64,000 nucleotides of DNA from Abditibacterium sp. GTDB taxonomy: Bacteria > Armatimonadota > Abditibacteriia > Abditibacteriales > Abditibacteriaceae. The notes under the pieces are model-generated. The model searched no databases. It was not told the origin of the DNA and saw nothing but the letters and a program-made list of their open reading frames with translations. Positions within the stretch are counted from its first letter, which is position 1; every line of letters begins with the position of its first letter. The position numbers were made by a program, and so were the translations under genes. Below, piece by piece: positions 61,725 through 64,000 of the stretch. The stretch is taken from positions 3,232,001-3,296,000 of the forward strand of contig CBDASK010000003.1 in assembly GCA_965199495.1 (NCBI GenBank), given 5' to 3'.

Positions 61725-62708
61725 CTATGGCTCGACGCGCACGCGGCGTCCGCTTTGATGAGATGCAATGGCGGCGTGCGCCAGTTGCAACGCGCGCCAT
61801 CCGGCGCTGGCATGAACCGGTGGCTCTTGGCCCGCGCGAAATGCCGTCAACACTTCGTCCATGTGCGCATCGAAAGTTTGCTCGAACGAACGATGAATAT
61901 CGTCGAAATATCCGGCTTGCCAGACGCGCGCGGTTTCGTCGCTCGCACGCTGAAACTGAAATTCGCGCACGGTATCGTTGACGAGGACGCGGCCCAACGT
62001 GCCGTTAATTTCGAGGCGATGCGTATCGCGATAGGCGTAAGACGAATCGTAGGAGCCGAGCAGATTACCGACGGCCCCGTTCTCGAATTCGAGCGCCAGC
62101 GCCATCGTCGAAAAACCGTGGCCGGTGCGGTCGCTCATCTGCGCCATAATCGAGACAATTGGGCCGCACAACCATTCGAGTTGATCGAAGCCGTGACACT
62201 GCGTTTCGATGAGATTGGCGTGCGGATGGTCTTGATGGCCTTCGCCGCCAAAGCGCCAACTGGCGAAAGTTAAATCGCCCAACTCGCCCGCTTCGATGGC
62301 GCTTTTCGCCATCTGCAGCGGGCGCGCGTAGCGATGATTGAAGTTAATCGCGAAAAACAAATCGCGTTCGCGCGCCGCTTCGAGCAATTGGCGCGCTTGC
62401 TCCAACTCGAAAACCAAAGGCTTCTCGACAAAGAGAGCCACGTCGGCTTCGATGAGTTGCAAAGTCGCCTCGAAATGATGTTGGTTGGGCAAACACACGC
62501 ACACCAAATCGGGATTTTCGGCGTTCAACATCGCTTCGATGGACAGATAAGGCCGCGTTCCAAACTCCGCCGCGCGGGCGTTGGTTCGCTCGGCGTTGCG
62601 TCCGACGATGCCACAAAATTCGACATCTTTGCGACCGGCCAAAATGCGTGCGTGTTGGCGCGCCCAGCCGCCCGTTCCGACGAGCGCGATTTTTAGTTTT
62701 TCATTCAT
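61725..62708 (-). CDS. Gfo/Idh/MocA family oxidoreductase
   Basis: IALVGTGGWA, FVEKPL, NFNHRY. Confidence 0.9.
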   Translation of the reverse strand: MNEKLKIALVGTGGWARQHARILAGRKDVEFCGIVGRNAERTNARAAEFGTRPYLSIEAMLNAENPDLVCVCLPNQHHFEATLQLIEADVALFVEKPLVFELEQARQLLEAARERDLFFAINFNHRYARPLQMAKSAIEAGELGDLTFASWRFGGEGHQDHPHANLIETQCHGFDQLEWLCGPIVSIMAQMSDRTGHGFSTMALALEFENGAVGNLLGSYDSSYAYRDTHRLEINGTLGRVLVNDTVREFQFQRASDETARVWQAGYFDDIHRSFEQTFDAHMDEVLTAFRAGQEPPVHASAGWRALQLAHAAIASHQSGRRVRVEP

Positions 62709-63046
62709 CGTGTTCCAGTTTGACGCGCCAAGGTTAACTTGACCGCGCTGACCCAAGCGGAGGCAAAACTTTGAAACCCAGGAGTTGTGCGCTCATCAAA
62801 ACGTGAACATTCAAATGAGGTCGTGACTTAATTGGCCCGCGACCCCAAATTAAGAGTTCCCATATTTGAGCAGATATTATGAGGTCATGGGTTTTGTATT
62901 TGCGTCTGATTTAATCATCGGTTAAAGAATTCATATCGCATAGAGAACCAGAACAACCGCAACAATTATAAATGCGTAATTTCGGTAGGGTTCTTTAAAG
63001 ACGCGAATCACGCGTTTAAAACAATTCTCACCGTGGAAAAACCATC

Positions 63047-63838
63047 ATGCAACAACATCCATTGGGGATTTTGCCCAAAAAACCTCGTTCCGCCTTCACT
63101 TTAATTGAGTTGCTCGTTGTCATCGCGATTATCGCGATTCTGGCCGCGATTCTGTTTCCCGTTTTCGCGCGCGCTCGCGAAAACGCGCGCCGCTCGTCGT
63201 GTTCCAGCAACATGAAGCAAATCGCTCTGGGCATCATCCAATATACGCAGGATTACGACGAGAAAATGCCGCCACGCAGCAATGGACTTACTGGCTGGCG
63301 CGTATTAACGCAACCTTACCTAAAAAGCACGCAACTCTTCTCTTGTCCTTCAAATCCCAATAACAGCAGACTGGGGGCCGAAGGCGGGCCAACGGGGCCA
63401 TATAGTGAGGCCGTTTTGGGCATCCACGATTCTTACGGAGCGCCGCAGTTGCGCCCCAACAATAACGCTGCTCTTCCTGCTGGCGTCACCAGCGATTCGG
63501 CATGGCGCGTTGACGATGGCGTTTCTATCGCGTCTTTTGATAGTCCGTCGCAACTTCTAATGGTAGGCGAAACCACCGCTGATTTTTCCGATATTCCGAT
63601 TCTCAACACCGACTGGGCTGGCAATCCCAACTACGTTTTTTCCGGGCATCTCGGAACCGGTAACTGGGCTTACGCCGACGGTCACGTTAAATCGTTGATA
63701 CCGACGCGCACGACGAATGAAACGCCAGTCAATCCTGTAACTGTCAACCAGTGGACAGCCGATAATTCACCGTTCACGGGCGCCGCTTTCACTCAAGTTC
63801 AGACTAACCTGACGGCTTCGATCAACAAATACAAATAA
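63047..63838 (+). CDS. Prepilin-type N-terminal cleavage/methylation protein (DUF1559, H-X9-DG)
   Basis: [52 protein letters not shown]. Confidence 0.92.
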   Translation: MQQHPLGILPKKPRSAFTLIELLVVIAIIAILAAILFPVFARARENARRSSCSSNMKQIALGIIQYTQDYDEKMPPRSNGLTGWRVLTQPYLKSTQLFSCPSNPNNSRLGAEGGPTGPYSEAVLGIHDSYGAPQLRPNNNAALPAGVTSDSAWRVDDGVSIASFDSPSQLLMVGETTADFSDIPILNTDWAGNPNYVFSGHLGTGNWAYADGHVKSLIPTRTTNETPVNPVTVNQWTADNSPFTGAAFTQVQTNLTASINKYK

Positions 63839-63858
63839 ATAGTTGACGCTCCATCTGC

Positions 63859-63898
63859 CAAAGCTCCCGATTTCTCGAAGTCGGGAGCTTTGTATTTT
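63859..63898 (+). terminator. Intrinsic terminator
   Basis: CAAAGCTCCCGATTTC-TC-GAAGTCGGGAGCTTTG followed by TATTTT. Confidence 0.75.
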
Positions 63899-64000
63899 GC
63901 GGTTTACTTTTGTCAAACGCCGATTCATTCGTGCGCGCCAACTCTCCATCGCGCAATCGGCGCGAACCCGGCGCGGCGTCGCGCTTCTATTTTAAGTTCT

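Overview
GC-rich bacterial chromosomal window, mostly core and accessory metabolic genes, with no rRNA, CRISPR array or prophage. The DUF1559/H-X9-DG prepilin-like gene and overall gene style suggest an Armatimonadota/Abditibacteriota- or PVC-like organism (inference). It holds about 57 CDS, including hpf, ispF, nikR with an ECF Ni/Co transporter, metK, acnA, dtd, rlmN, ung, accB, hom, lemA and a sugar ABC operon. It also holds tRNA-Gln(TTG), two complete IS elements (IS701 and IS481 families) and at least 12 long intergenic inverted repeats from several REP/REPIN-like families. Main findings: (1) a 513-aa LAGLIDADG intein sits inside the CxxC [4Fe-4S] motif of aconitase A, so the splice-junction +1 Cys is itself a cluster ligand; (2) the heptamer CGTGGCT/AGCCACG occurs about 65 times by eye (about 1 per kb), on both strands equally and in all six reading frames, like an uptake or chromosome-organising signal; (3) a SWIM zinc-finger domain is fused in frame to uracil-DNA glycosylase; (4) a solitary phage-type annealing-like gene has a near-consensus host promoter; (5) an IS481 has inserted into one arm of a REPIN-like palindrome. 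All calls come from reading motifs by eye; no database search was run.
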